Assembly: GCF_000237865.1 (NCBI RefSeq)
Contig: NC_017459.1
Coordinates: forward strand, 2,760,001-2,792,000
DNA length: 32,000 nt
Reading direction: 5' to 3'
DNA from: Haloquadratum walsbyi C23
GTDB lineage: Archaea > Halobacteriota > Halobacteria > Halobacteriales > Haloferacaceae
The notes under the pieces were generated by a model. It saw only the letters and a list, made by a program, of their open reading frames with translations, searched no databases and was not told the DNA's origin. Shown piece by piece: positions 1 to 9,140 of this stretch. The first letter of the stretch is position 1. Each line of letters starts with the position of its first letter. A program made the translations under genes and the position numbers.

Positions 1-129
1 ACGAATCTATACATATATTATTTTGTATGAATACTGTAAGTAGAGATACTATATTCCAATCACGCTTTGAAGAAAAATCTTTTTCAGTATAGCACCATGA
101 AGTGCAATTACGTCTAAATAATAAATACG

Positions 130-1281
130 ATGGCAGAATTAGAAACCGCAGGATTTGAATCAGACCTCAGCTTGTTCAAATACGATAATCTTGAGCAGCT
201 ACCAGAGTCGTATCGCACTCTCACAGAGTCAGAACGCACTGATCGGATCACAGCAGCGCTTGGAGAGCTCGGTGATGATGTTATTATTCTTGGACATAAT
301 TATCAGCGCCGAGAAATTGTCGAGCATGCAGATTTTATTGGGGACTCATATGAGTTATCAAAGCGAGCAGCCGAGTCTGACGCTTCATATGTTGTATTTG
401 CAGGTGTCACATTTATGGCTGAAAGTGCAGATATTATTACAGACCCTGATCAAACCGTTCTACTTCCTTCAATGGAGGCTTCCTGTCCAATGGCAGGGAT
501 GGCTGAAGCACTTCAAGTCGATGCCGCCTGGGAGCAAATTGAGAATGCGACTGATAATCGCAATATCATTCCAGTGACGTATATGAACTCATACGCCGAT
601 CTAAAGGCATTTTGCGCTGAACAAGGCGGACTTGTTTGTACCTCTTCAAATGCGAGTGATGCATTCAATTGGGCGTTTGAGCGCGGAGATGCTGTTTTAT
701 TCCTTCCAGATAAATTCCTTGGACGAAACACAGCCGCAGAATTAGGATATGATGTTGATTCACCAACTGGGACAGATGCAGTCGCTGAGTGGGATCCGTG
801 GGATCCTGCAGGCCCGGATGCGAGTGATGTTTCCGATGCTGAGATTATTCTCTGGGATGGCTATTGTCAGGTTCATGAACGCTTCCGTGTTAAACATATC
901 AAATCAATTCGGGAAAGTCACGATGCGAACGTCGTTGTTCATCCTGAATGTCGACGCGACGTTGTCCGTGCTGCTGACGTTGTTGGTTCAACAAGTCAAA
1001 TATGCGATACGATTGCAAACGCTGAGCCCGGAGAAACGTGGGCAATTGGAACGGAGGTTCACCTCGCGAATCACCTCCAACGATGGCATCCCGATGTTGA
1101 GGTAGTCCCACTTTGTGGAGATGCATGTATGGACTGCAATGCCATGCGACAGATCGACCCAAATTACTTGACATGGTTACTTGAGTCACTCGCAGACGGC
1201 GAGGTTCACAATGCCGTTGAGGTGGCGCCACAAGAGCGGGATCGGGCAGCAACAGCACTTGATCGAATGCTTGAATTATAA
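130..1281 (+). CDS. nadA: quinolinate synthase
   Basis: 383-aa ATG ORF. It reads as NadA family from end to end (VIILGHNYQ, FIGDSYELS, FAGVTFMAESA, SCPMA, GYCQVHERF, VVHPEC). nadB and nadC follow in the same orientation. Confidence 0.93.
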   Translation: MAELETAGFESDLSLFKYDNLEQLPESYRTLTESERTDRITAALGELGDDVIILGHNYQRREIVEHADFIGDSYELSKRAAESDASYVVFAGVTFMAESADIITDPDQTVLLPSMEASCPMAGMAEALQVDAAWEQIENATDNRNIIPVTYMNSYADLKAFCAEQGGLVCTSSNASDAFNWAFERGDAVLFLPDKFLGRNTAAELGYDVDSPTGTDAVAEWDPWDPAGPDASDVSDAEIILWDGYCQVHERFRVKHIKSIRESHDANVVVHPECRRDVVRAADVVGSTSQICDTIANAEPGETWAIGTEVHLANHLQRWHPDVEVVPLCGDACMDCNAMRQIDPNYLTWLLESLADGEVHNAVEVAPQERDRAATALDRMLEL

Positions 1282-1294
1282 TATATTTCGAAAC

Positions 1295-2836
1295 ATGAGT
1301 TTTTCAAACCAAACAGATGTTCTGGTGATTGGCTCCGGTATTGCAGGATGTGCAGCAGCACTCACAGCCGCTCGAAATGGTGCATCAGTCACAGTTGTCA
1401 CAAAAGCAACCGAGCCGAGCGATGCCTCAACTGATTGGGCACAAGGAGGTATTGCTGTCACTGGGAATGACCCAGAATCATTCCGAAAGGATATCATCGA
1501 GGCAAGTGCCGGTGAAGCTCAGCCGGAAGCTGTTGATGCTCTTGTGAATAACGCACGTGATGTTGTTGATGATATCCTCATCAACACGCTTGAAATACCA
1601 TTTGATGGGGCTACTCCGACAGCGCCACTCGATGCATATGACCGTGGTCGTGAGGCTGCACACTCAGAACGGCGAATCCTCCATGTCGATACCACCACCG
1701 GCGAGCATATTCTTCGTCCATTTCTCGCTCAGCTGAAATCAGACAATCGCATCGAATTCGTTGATGATGCGATGGCGCTTGAACTCCTGACACATGAAGG
1801 GCGTGTGCATGGGGTCTCAGTTCTACGTGATGATTCTGTCACGTCCGTCTTTGGTGGTGCAACTATCATCGCAACAGGCGGCATTGGTGCATGTTATGAA
1901 ACGAGCACGAATCCTGGGGGTGCAACCGGCGACGGAATTGCGATGGCTGCCCTCGCTGGTGCACGAATTGCTGATATGCAGTACGTTCAATTCCATCCGA
2001 CTGCATACCCTGGTCCCGAGCCATTTCTTGTAAGTGAGGCTGTCCGTGGGGAGGGAGCCGTTCTTCGAAATGCCACCGGTGATCGATTTATGCCGGATAT
2101 TCATCCAGACGCTGAACTCGCCCCTCGAGATATTGTTGCCCGAGGCGTTGCTGCCGAGCGCGAGCGCACAGGTGAGGTTCGAGTTGACGTGACGCCCGTT
2201 GATCCAGATTTCAATCGTGCCTTCCCTGGGCTTACAAGTCGATGTAATGATCGTAAGATCGATCTTGAGCTGGGCATTCCAGTTGCCCCTGCGGAGCATT
2301 ATCTTTGTGGCGGAATTGCTGTCAATACCAATGGAGAAACGACGCTCGATAGACTGTATGCTGCCGGTGAATGTGCACGAACAGGCGTCCACGGTGCGAA
2401 TCGTCTCGCATCAACAAGCCTTCTCGAAGGACTTGTGTGGGGACGCGCTGCCGGTCAGCAAGCAGCACAGGTCGGGATTGATGATATAACATCAATTGAA
2501 ACGTCGTCACCGCTTGACCGTGACCCAGCACTACCGTCCTCATTTGTTGATGGAAAATATCGTCGGCTTCGAAATACGATGGAAACAGCTGTCGGTATTG
2601 AACGGACGGACGCAGGTCTATCGGAAGCCCGATCAACGCTCCGACGACTGAAAGGTGAGGTTGATGCATATACGCGGACACGTGTCTCACAGTCGCTATA
2701 TGAACTTCGTAATGCGACTATCTGTGGACTATTGATTACACGGGCTGCAAGCGAAGCTCCCTCTGCTGGATGTCACCAGATTGTCGATACGAAGACAGCA
2801 GAATCAACAGTGGGTGAGACAATTGCTGACGACTGA
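1295..2836 (+). CDS. nadB: L-aspartate oxidase
   Basis: Frame of track ORF 1181..2836. I place the start at ATG 1295, 14 nt after the nadA stop, giving MSFSNQTDVLVIGSGIAGCAAAL (FAD-binding GxGxxG). Family hallmarks present: FHPT, VRGEGA, GANRLASTSLLEGLV. Confidence 0.92.
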   Translation: MSFSNQTDVLVIGSGIAGCAAALTAARNGASVTVVTKATEPSDASTDWAQGGIAVTGNDPESFRKDIIEASAGEAQPEAVDALVNNARDVVDDILINTLEIPFDGATPTAPLDAYDRGREAAHSERRILHVDTTTGEHILRPFLAQLKSDNRIEFVDDAMALELLTHEGRVHGVSVLRDDSVTSVFGGATIIATGGIGACYETSTNPGGATGDGIAMAALAGARIADMQYVQFHPTAYPGPEPFLVSEAVRGEGAVLRNATGDRFMPDIHPDAELAPRDIVARGVAAERERTGEVRVDVTPVDPDFNRAFPGLTSRCNDRKIDLELGIPVAPAEHYLCGGIAVNTNGETTLDRLYAAGECARTGVHGANRLASTSLLEGLVWGRAAGQQAAQVGIDDITSIETSSPLDRDPALPSSFVDGKYRRLRNTMETAVGIERTDAGLSEARSTLRRLKGEVDAYTRTRVSQSLYELRNATICGLLITRAASEAPSAGCHQIVDTKTAESTVGETIADD

Positions 2837-3638
2837 GACCATTGAGCGGTGGCTCGGTGAAGACATTGGTCATCGTGATGTGACGAACGATGTCCCTGGA
2901 GAGACAACAGGTAAGCTCATTGCAACCGAATCTGGTGTCATTGCCGGGCTTGATGCTGCTACTTCCGTATTTGAATATCTTGGTGTTGCTGTCACACCAG
3001 TCGTTGGCACCGGCGATTGCGTTGATCCCGGGACAACTATACTTGAGGCGTCTGGGGACGCACAGGCTGTTCTTCGGAGCGAACGTCTTGCGGTCAATCT
3101 TGTTGGTCATGCATCAGGCGTCGCGACGCGAACACGCCGGGCAGTGCACGCGGTTGAGAACGTGACTCAAACCGGACAAACGCGTATTGCTGCGACTCGA
3201 AAAACAACACCAGGGCTTCGTGGTATCGAGAAGCGTGCAGTCGTCGCTGGCGGTGGTGATACACATCGACTTACCCTCTCTGGATTAGTGATGATCAAAG
3301 ACAATCATATTGCCGAGTTAGGACTTACTGAGGCGATTACTCGATTTCGTGAACGTAAATCATTTGTGACAAAATTGGAGGTTGAAGTTGAAACCCCAGA
3401 GATGGCAGTGCAAGCAGCAGAGGCTGGTGCTGATATTGTGTTATTTGATAATCTTAACCCGGCGACCGTTCGAGAGGGCGTGATATGTGTTCCAGATGAC
3501 ATATTAACCGAGGCAAGCGGTGGAATAACAGTTGATGCAGTCGATGCATACGCTGAGACTGGCGTTGATATCATCTCAATGGGCTCACTCACTCATAGCG
3601 CCCCCAGTCTTGATCTCTCATTTCGGATGGACGAGTGA
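2814..3638 (+). CDS. nadC: nicotinate-nucleotide pyrophosphorylase (quinolinate phosphoribosyltransferase)
   Basis: Frame of track ORF 2781..3638. Start is uncertain: TTG 2781, GTG 2814 and TTG 2823 all overlap the nadB stop at 2836. Motifs: ATRKTTPGLR, EKRAVVAGGGDTHR, MIKDNH. Confidence 0.88.
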   Translation: MRQLLTTETIERWLGEDIGHRDVTNDVPGETTGKLIATESGVIAGLDAATSVFEYLGVAVTPVVGTGDCVDPGTTILEASGDAQAVLRSERLAVNLVGHASGVATRTRRAVHAVENVTQTGQTRIAATRKTTPGLRGIEKRAVVAGGGDTHRLTLSGLVMIKDNHIAELGLTEAITRFRERKSFVTKLEVEVETPEMAVQAAEAGADIVLFDNLNPATVREGVICVPDDILTEASGGITVDAVDAYAETGVDIISMGSLTHSAPSLDLSFRMDE

Positions 3639-3801
3639 GAAAGACGTCATAATGGTTCAACACCGTGGAAGACATCAAAACTAAACTTGAATCCGACTCT
3701 TAGTCTCATTATTCAGCAGTATATCATATCTCGTTTCTATACATTCTTCGAGTGTTAGCCGATGATAAGCTTCTATTCAGTTGGAACATTCATTTATATA
3801 C

Positions 3802-4629
3802 ATGAACTCCACCGACACTAACCGTCCATTCTTTGACCGCGTGGCAACGCGAATCAGTCGCATCAATAGTGTTATTTCGGTTGGGCTTGACTCAGACCCC
3901 AATCGTATTCCTGCGCATCTTCAGACGGCTGACCTTCCACGGTGGGCATTTAATCGTCGTATCATCGATGCAACACACGAGCATACGGTCTGTTATAAGC
4001 CTAATACCGCCTTTTATGAGGATCCTTCAGGATGGCGCGCACTGCGTGAGACTATCGCATATGCACATGGCAAAGATGTCCCTGTGTTGCTCGACGCAAA
4101 ACGAGCCGATATCGGCAATACGACACGACAGTACGCAGAGCTTCTTAACAAAGCGGACGCGATTACGGTAAATCCCTATATGGGTCGAGACTCACTTCAG
4201 CCATTCCTTGATCGTGAGAACAAGGGGGTGTTTATTCTTTGTCGAACGTCAAATCCGGGAGGTGCAGATCTTCAGGATCTTGAACTTGTCACTGGAGAAA
4301 CCGTCTATGAACGAATCGCTGCGCTTGCAGAAGGATGGAATACTCATGGGAATGTTGGACTTGTCGTGGGTGCGACTGCTCCTGAAGAACTTGAATCACT
4401 TCGTGAATACGTTCCAGATCTTCCTTTCCTCGTTCCTGGGATTGGTGCTCAGGATGGAGACCCGGAGGCAGCCGTGACATACGGGCTTGTTGATGATGTT
4501 GGACTCATAAACTCCTCGCGTGGTATTATTTTTGCTGGTGATGATAATGGAGAACAGTTCGCAGATACTGCAGGCGTTGCCGCCAAGCGACTGAAACAAC
4601 AACTCAATCAATTTCGGGATACCGCTTGA
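3802..4629 (+). CDS. pyrF: orotidine 5'-phosphate decarboxylase (long type)
   Basis: The frame opens at TTG 3781; ATG 3802 is preferred. Motifs: VGLDSD, LLDAKRADIGNT, ITVNPYMG. Confidence 0.88.
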   Translation: MNSTDTNRPFFDRVATRISRINSVISVGLDSDPNRIPAHLQTADLPRWAFNRRIIDATHEHTVCYKPNTAFYEDPSGWRALRETIAYAHGKDVPVLLDAKRADIGNTTRQYAELLNKADAITVNPYMGRDSLQPFLDRENKGVFILCRTSNPGGADLQDLELVTGETVYERIAALAEGWNTHGNVGLVVGATAPEELESLREYVPDLPFLVPGIGAQDGDPEAAVTYGLVDDVGLINSSRGIIFAGDDNGEQFADTAGVAAKRLKQQLNQFRDTA

Positions 4630-4792
4630 GATGAATGACCTGCTTCAAGCTTCTTGAATCGACATATAACGGCTAGGACACCTGATGTTTCGTCTATCGG
4701 TTAATACTCAATAGGCACATGAGCTGATAGATAATAAAAAGTCTATCGTGAGAGTATGCAAGTCACACTCGGCGAACTGATACGAGGGTTAT

Positions 4793-5002
4793 TTATCGGA
4801 ACTGTGGGACGTCATCTTGATTTTTGTGAGTGTGACCTGGTTCGCCCCCACCGATATCTCCCTGCCCGGATTGATCTGCGCAATTAACACAAACCCCGAG
4901 TTCATCAGCATAATGATTATCGCATACAGTTCCACCACAACGCTGACACACGTGTGCCGCTTCTCGGTTTTCACCAATCTCACATAACCCTGAAATGCTC
5001 AT
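4793..5002 (-). CDS. small cysteine-rich zinc-finger protein
   Basis: Track ORF 4793..5095 trimmed to the internal ATG at 5002 (MSISGLCEIGENRE...). It has two CxxC pairs (CQRCG, CVNC) plus extra Cys and an acidic/Gly tail. The upstream extension looks non-coding. Confidence 0.5.
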   Translation of the reverse strand: MSISGLCEIGENREAAHVCQRCGGTVCDNHYADELGVCVNCADQSGQGDIGGGEPGHTHKNQDDVPQFR

Positions 5003-5171
5003 ATATAAATATACGCGTGAGAGTATTTCAGTCCCCGGCACGCCTCCGCTGTGAGCCGAAAGATATCGGATGCGGCGCACGCCAACAATGAGCAAACGAT
5101 ATCATACGGTAATCTCATACGAGTTTCAGATTGATATCAATCTTCTTCAGGATATAATCACTAATCCAAAC

Positions 5172-5417
5172 ATGACCATTACGCTCTATGCACTTGATGG
5201 GTGTCCATACTGTGAAACCGTGCATGATGCACTCACAGACGCTGGTGTGGAGTACACCACTATTTGGGTCGATGCGCTTCATTCTGAGCGAGATGAGGTT
5301 CGTCGCGTCAGCGGACAGCGTGGTGTTCCTGTATTAGTTGATGAAGCGCGAGGGGTAACAATGTGTGAGAGTACAAATATTGAGACATACGCACAACAAA
5401 CGCTCGCTGGTGAGTAA
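5172..5417 (+). CDS. glutaredoxin-like protein
   Basis: Track ORF 5070..5417 trimmed to ATG 5172 (MTITLYALDGCPYCETV...). CPYC active site and GVPVL motif on a thioredoxin fold of ~81 aa. Confidence 0.8.
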   Translation: MTITLYALDGCPYCETVHDALTDAGVEYTTIWVDALHSERDEVRRVSGQRGVPVLVDEARGVTMCESTNIETYAQQTLAGE

Positions 5418-5433
5418 CGATTTCGCTCTTTGA

Positions 5434-5452
5434 ATTCAGTTTTTTGCTGAAT
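5434..5452 (+). terminator. hairpin with oligo-T loop downstream of the glutaredoxin gene
   Basis: ATTCAG-TTTTTTG-CTGAAT lies 17 nt after the stop codon. Archaeal termination typically uses T-tracts. Confidence 0.3.
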
Positions 5453-5579
5453 ACTCTGTTCGGTGGTCAGTGATCACGTCTGGCATTTACCAATCCGATT
5501 AATGCAGTGATAGTAGATTTTTGATCACACGGAGTCAAAACGAACGTTTAAGTCTCAAGATTCAATATTTTGCTTAAGT

Positions 5580-5654
5580 GGGTTGGTGGTCTAGCCCGGT
5601 TATGACGGCTCCTTCACACGGAGCAGGTCGGCGGTTCGAATCCGCCCCAACCCA
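5580..5654 (+). tRNA. tRNA-Val (anticodon CAC)
   Basis: Hand-folded cloverleaf. Acceptor stem GGGTTGG/CCAACCC (5580-5586/5647-5653). Anticodon stem GCTCC/GGAGC with loop TTCACAC (CAC at 5615-5617). T arm GGCGG-TTCGAAT-CCGCC. Discriminator A5654. No encoded CCA and no intron. Confidence 0.9.
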
Positions 5655-5892
5655 TACGCGGCACGTACGGATTGTATTCGGCCGTATTCTCTGCCTTCAG
5701 ATCTTATAACCGATGAATAGCCAATACCGGATGAGATTTCGAGGTCATGAACACATTCGCTTGTTGCACGCGGGTTTCCTCCGTATAAAAGTCCGATTAT
5801 TGAACATGGTTGCCCAGATAGAAAAGTAGAGGCTGATAGGTGCTTCCAGCGCGCGCGATAGTTGACTTACTCGCGTGGCATTTCCTTCAAAT

Positions 5893-6069
5893 TCATTGTT
5901 CCATCTGTTCGAAAAATCCGTGCCATCGTTCGGGCATATCGTTAGTGTCGTACACTCCCTCGTTTGCCAGTTCTAAGAGTCGAACAGCTCCAGCGTCAGT
6001 AAGGTTCTGGAGAGTAAGTTCCTCGACTGTCTCCCTCCGTATCGACTGACTCAACCACCCAAATAACAC
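5893..6069 (-). CDS. hypothetical small protein (58 aa from GTG, 53 aa from TTG 6054)
   Basis: Below the 60-aa cutoff of the ORF track; I translated it by hand: (V)LFGWLSQSIRRETVEELTLQNLTDAGAVRLLELANEGVYDTNDMPERWHGFFEQMEQ*. It is acidic, lies in the GC-rich island, and is divergent from the PLD-NTPase gene. No family recognised. Confidence 0.2.
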   Translation of the reverse strand: MLFGWLSQSIRRETVEELTLQNLTDAGAVRLLELANEGVYDTNDMPERWHGFFEQMEQ

Positions 6070-6199
6070 AAAAAGGACTGGTCATCGTCAAGCGCCGTGT
6101 TGTGTGCGCCGCTGGCGAAGTGTCTCCAAGCGCCGATGATGTAGTCTCCACTACCGCTCTACGGCACGGTTTTATTCATGTTAGACCGCTGCTGTGTAT

Positions 6200-8473
6200 A
6201 TGGACGAATTGACTGCGAATATCTCGTTTGACAGGTTCGCGGATATGCCGGAGTTCTATGGATCTGGTGCTGCGGAATACCGCCTGGTAATGGTGAAAGC
6301 GCGGGCTGACTTTCTCGATTTGTTCGCAGGCGCTCGTCACGTGGACGCCGTGACGTACGCGGAGACACCCGACCTGATGGTGAAGATGCTGACCGAATAC
6401 GACATCGGCTCACTTGACGTGCTCATCGGGAATGCAGAAGACTACGCCGACCAGGTGAATGAAGTCTCGACGGCGAGGTCGCTTGTCCGACTGCGACAGG
6501 ATGATAGACTCACGATTCGACTAAAGAACCGGAAGACAGTCCACTCGAAGATTTACCGAATCGTGATGCCGGATGACACAGTGAAACTCGTCCAAGGGTC
6601 AGCCAACCTCTCGCGGAACTCCTGGGAGTACCACACGAACCAGATATCCATCATCACAACCGATGTCGGAACCGAACTGGACGAGGAGTTCGAGCGGTTC
6701 ATCGACGAGTACCGTGAGGGGTACAGCGACCAGACGCTCCTCGAAGGGCTTGTCGAGGCACTGGAAGATGCCGATTCACCGGAAGAGAAGGAGAACCGCA
6801 TCGAGTACTGGGTTGGTGCCGGCGATCTCGACGTGAGCGATACTGCTGCCCTGAATCAGGATGCCGTCGAGGACCTGAAAGATGTCGCCGATCAGGTCAC
6901 TGCCGTCGTCGACGACCCAGAGGAGGCTGAGGAGACGGTTGCGTTCGTCGAAGAACCCGAGAACGCCGACCGTAATGTTGTCGAGCCGGACGAGCCAACA
7001 GATGAAGACGATTCGACCGACGCTGCGGACGACGACGAGTCACCAGACGTTGGGCTCGTCGAATCGGATCACGAAACAGGGCTGACGGACGGGCTCGACC
7101 GCCCGCGAGTCCGTGCGCCCGACGAGAAGATACGCATGGGAACCAGCAAGGTGGACAAAGACACTGCTGACGAGTTCGGGGTCGGGCTCCGTGACCGCGG
7201 CGCGACCGTCGAGGATCACAGCATCACCGCGCCGCTGAGCGCGTACAACAATCAGGTGAAGGAATCGACCGCTATCCCGACGATGTCCGTCCTTCCGGAG
7301 GCCGAGCAAGTCGTGATCGGTGAGGACGACGAAATGATTCTCGTCGCTACCGACGAGCCGACCCCTGAAGTCCTGGATCACTGCCTCGAAACCATCGAAG
7401 ACTACATCGAAACCGTCCAAAACCACGGTCACACGCAATCCGAAACCGCAGTGATGGCGCAGATGTATGAGGCATTCCTCTACGGGTTCTGGGCCCCGTT
7501 CGCCAACCAGTACGCCGAGGCGTTGTCGTCACCGTCTCGGACGCTTGACAACGTTCTGCAGCACCTCTACATCGAAGGCAAAAGTGACGCGGGGAAGGAC
7601 AAACTCACCGAGTACATCCTGCGGCTCGTCTCCGACAACACAGTCATTTCTGGCGTGGACGCGGACGATGTTGGCGTCAAGGAAGTTCGCGGTGTCCGCG
7701 AGTGGGACACGTGCTTCCCGTACGCCATCATTGACGCCGAAAAGGAGAAAATCCAGCGGTGGAGCCCGATCCGAAACTACTGGGGTGACTGGACACCCAC
7801 CAGCGTCGATCAGCCGTGCCTCATTTTCACGACCAACGACGCACTCCCGAAATCGGAGTTCCGGAACCGAATGAAAATACTGAGTATGGACGTTTCCTTC
7901 CCTTCGAACCCGGAGGATCCGGGTTTCCGCGAAGCGCAACAAGACCTCTCGGAGGTGCTGGAACGACAGAACCCGATCTTCAGTTACGTTGCCCGCCAAA
8001 TGCTCACCGAGCAGCCGTGGACTGACGGGAACGGCACGATCGAAGACGTTCGCCGTATTATCCGCGAATTCTACGATGAGGCCGGTCGAGAGCAACCCGA
8101 GTACTTCCCCGCTGACGAACCGGCCGAGAAAACGTACGACACGGGGCGGTTGAAGTGGCAGCGGGATATCCAAGGCGGTCGTGTCACGTTCGAGTCGGAG
8201 CCGAATGCCATCACAGCTGACTTCGACCGTGAGGAGTACGAGGTGTACGACTATGAGAAGCGCCTCCCCAAACGATTCATGTCCGAGAAATCGTCCACAA
8301 GCGTCTATATCGGTGCACCCGAGGAATTCGCTGAGTGGATCGGGTACTCTGTCAGCGAACTTCTAAACGGCGCGGCCGAAACCGGCACGGATACTAAGCA
8401 GTCAGCCACCACAGAAGACGCATCGGATACGGACGACTCGGACGGGTTCTTCTCTCGGCTGTTCGGGGACTAA
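6200..8473 (+). CDS. PLD/HKD nuclease-like domain + polyacidic linker + SF3/D5-like P-loop NTPase fusion protein
   Basis: 759-aa ORF starting at GTG 6194 (ATG at 6200). ORF-track numbering is used below. An HKD-type motif H117-S-K-IYRIV...VQ-G135-S-A-N-LS spans nt 6542-6625. A D/E-rich linker covers about aa 185-310. Then come a Walker-A-like G462-KSDAGKDK, a Walker-B-like AIIDAE (511-516), an SF3 motif-C-like LIFTTN (543-548) and RNRMKIL. GC is clearly above the backbone. Confidence 0.85.
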   Translation: MDELTANISFDRFADMPEFYGSGAAEYRLVMVKARADFLDLFAGARHVDAVTYAETPDLMVKMLTEYDIGSLDVLIGNAEDYADQVNEVSTARSLVRLRQDDRLTIRLKNRKTVHSKIYRIVMPDDTVKLVQGSANLSRNSWEYHTNQISIITTDVGTELDEEFERFIDEYREGYSDQTLLEGLVEALEDADSPEEKENRIEYWVGAGDLDVSDTAALNQDAVEDLKDVADQVTAVVDDPEEAEETVAFVEEPENADRNVVEPDEPTDEDDSTDAADDDESPDVGLVESDHETGLTDGLDRPRVRAPDEKIRMGTSKVDKDTADEFGVGLRDRGATVEDHSITAPLSAYNNQVKESTAIPTMSVLPEAEQVVIGEDDEMILVATDEPTPEVLDHCLETIEDYIETVQNHGHTQSETAVMAQMYEAFLYGFWAPFANQYAEALSSPSRTLDNVLQHLYIEGKSDAGKDKLTEYILRLVSDNTVISGVDADDVGVKEVRGVREWDTCFPYAIIDAEKEKIQRWSPIRNYWGDWTPTSVDQPCLIFTTNDALPKSEFRNRMKILSMDVSFPSNPEDPGFREAQQDLSEVLERQNPIFSYVARQMLTEQPWTDGNGTIEDVRRIIREFYDEAGREQPEYFPADEPAEKTYDTGRLKWQRDIQGGRVTFESEPNAITADFDREEYEVYDYEKRLPKRFMSEKSSTSVYIGAPEEFAEWIGYSVSELLNGAAETGTDTKQSATTEDASDTDDSDGFFSRLFGD

Positions 8474-8706
8474 TCTTCCTGATTCCCTGTCAGATTCTTG
8501 CGGAGGGCTATATGATCTCCACCGCTTGCTCGGTCAGTCGATAGCAATACGCTGGTCAGACAACTTCAACAGTTAGAGCCTCTTTAGTTTCACCTTGCTT
8601 GCCATACGTTATTGTACCCTCCGCTGTCAGTTTACAGTAATTCAGTACTAATGATTCGGCTCTGCACGTTTAACTAGTATCGAAATATGGTAACCAACGA
8701 CGGCTG

Positions 8707-9060
8707 ATGTTTCCGATTACGGATTTTCTGTCATGCACCGATCCACTTGATGAGTTCGAGTCACTCTCATATCACCGGACTCGCCACGCCAAAACGTACG
8801 TGACAGGTCTTGCTGCTGGTCGCAGCAAGATCGTTACCGGGATCGCACGAGAAGTCCTTCCAGCCGGAAGTGACCGAGCACTCAACAAGTTTCTCACTGA
8901 GTACGACTGGGACGAAGACCAGCTCAACCACGAGCGGTTAGAGGGACTGCAAAAACATGGTGGAAACCGGTGGTCACAAGATGGTTACATCGTTATTGAC
9001 GATTCGGTGTTCCAGCGAACCGGGAAGGATAGTGATTCAACAAACTTCTGGGTGAACTAA
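8707..9060 (+). pseudogene. truncated DDE transposase, N-terminal ~109 codons only (IS701/DDE_5-like pattern)
   Basis: The 117-aa ORF contains YVTGL...LNKFLTEYDWDEDQLNHERLEGLQ...GYIVIDDSVFQRTGK. That is the region leading to the first catalytic D of this transposase type, whose intact members are several hundred aa. Transposase-like sequence ends at ~9032, and the last 9 codons read into an unrelated repeat. Confidence 0.55.
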
Positions 9061-9140
9061 TTCACTCAGTCGATGCGAGAGAACTATTCTGACTGATGCA
9101 TGTCTACTCAAGCACCCACTTCTTCTGTGAGCTACTATAG
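9033..9140 (+). repeat. repeat copy A (decayed IS1341/TnpB-type 3' coding-end-like sequence)
   Basis: 9033-9106 aligns without gaps to the reverse complement of 18082-18155 (63 of 74 identical by my count). Gapped similarity continues to ~9140. Downstream, 9121-9200 resembles 20918-21015. Confidence 0.7.

Noticed and set aside
1823-2392. 189-aa - strand ORF inside nadB
   Set aside because: It is antisense to a full-length L-aspartate oxidase. The composition is non-acidic and no motifs are present.
7040-8173. Long antisense ORFs (7040..7438, 7347..7532 and 7529..8173 on the - strand) plus alternative-frame + ORFs inside the PLD-NTPase gene
   Set aside because: They fall entirely within the coding region of a well-supported gene. 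Their products are Arg/Pro/Gly-rich and basic, unlike real proteins here. They are the expected artefact of locally high GC.
8487-8630. GCGGAGGG / CCCTCCGC inverted 8-mers with adjacent CTGTCAG direct repeats downstream of the PLD-NTPase gene
   Set aside because: The arms are short and ~110 nt apart, with no matching partner at the other side of the transposase fragment. This is insufficient to call an IS terminus or terminator.
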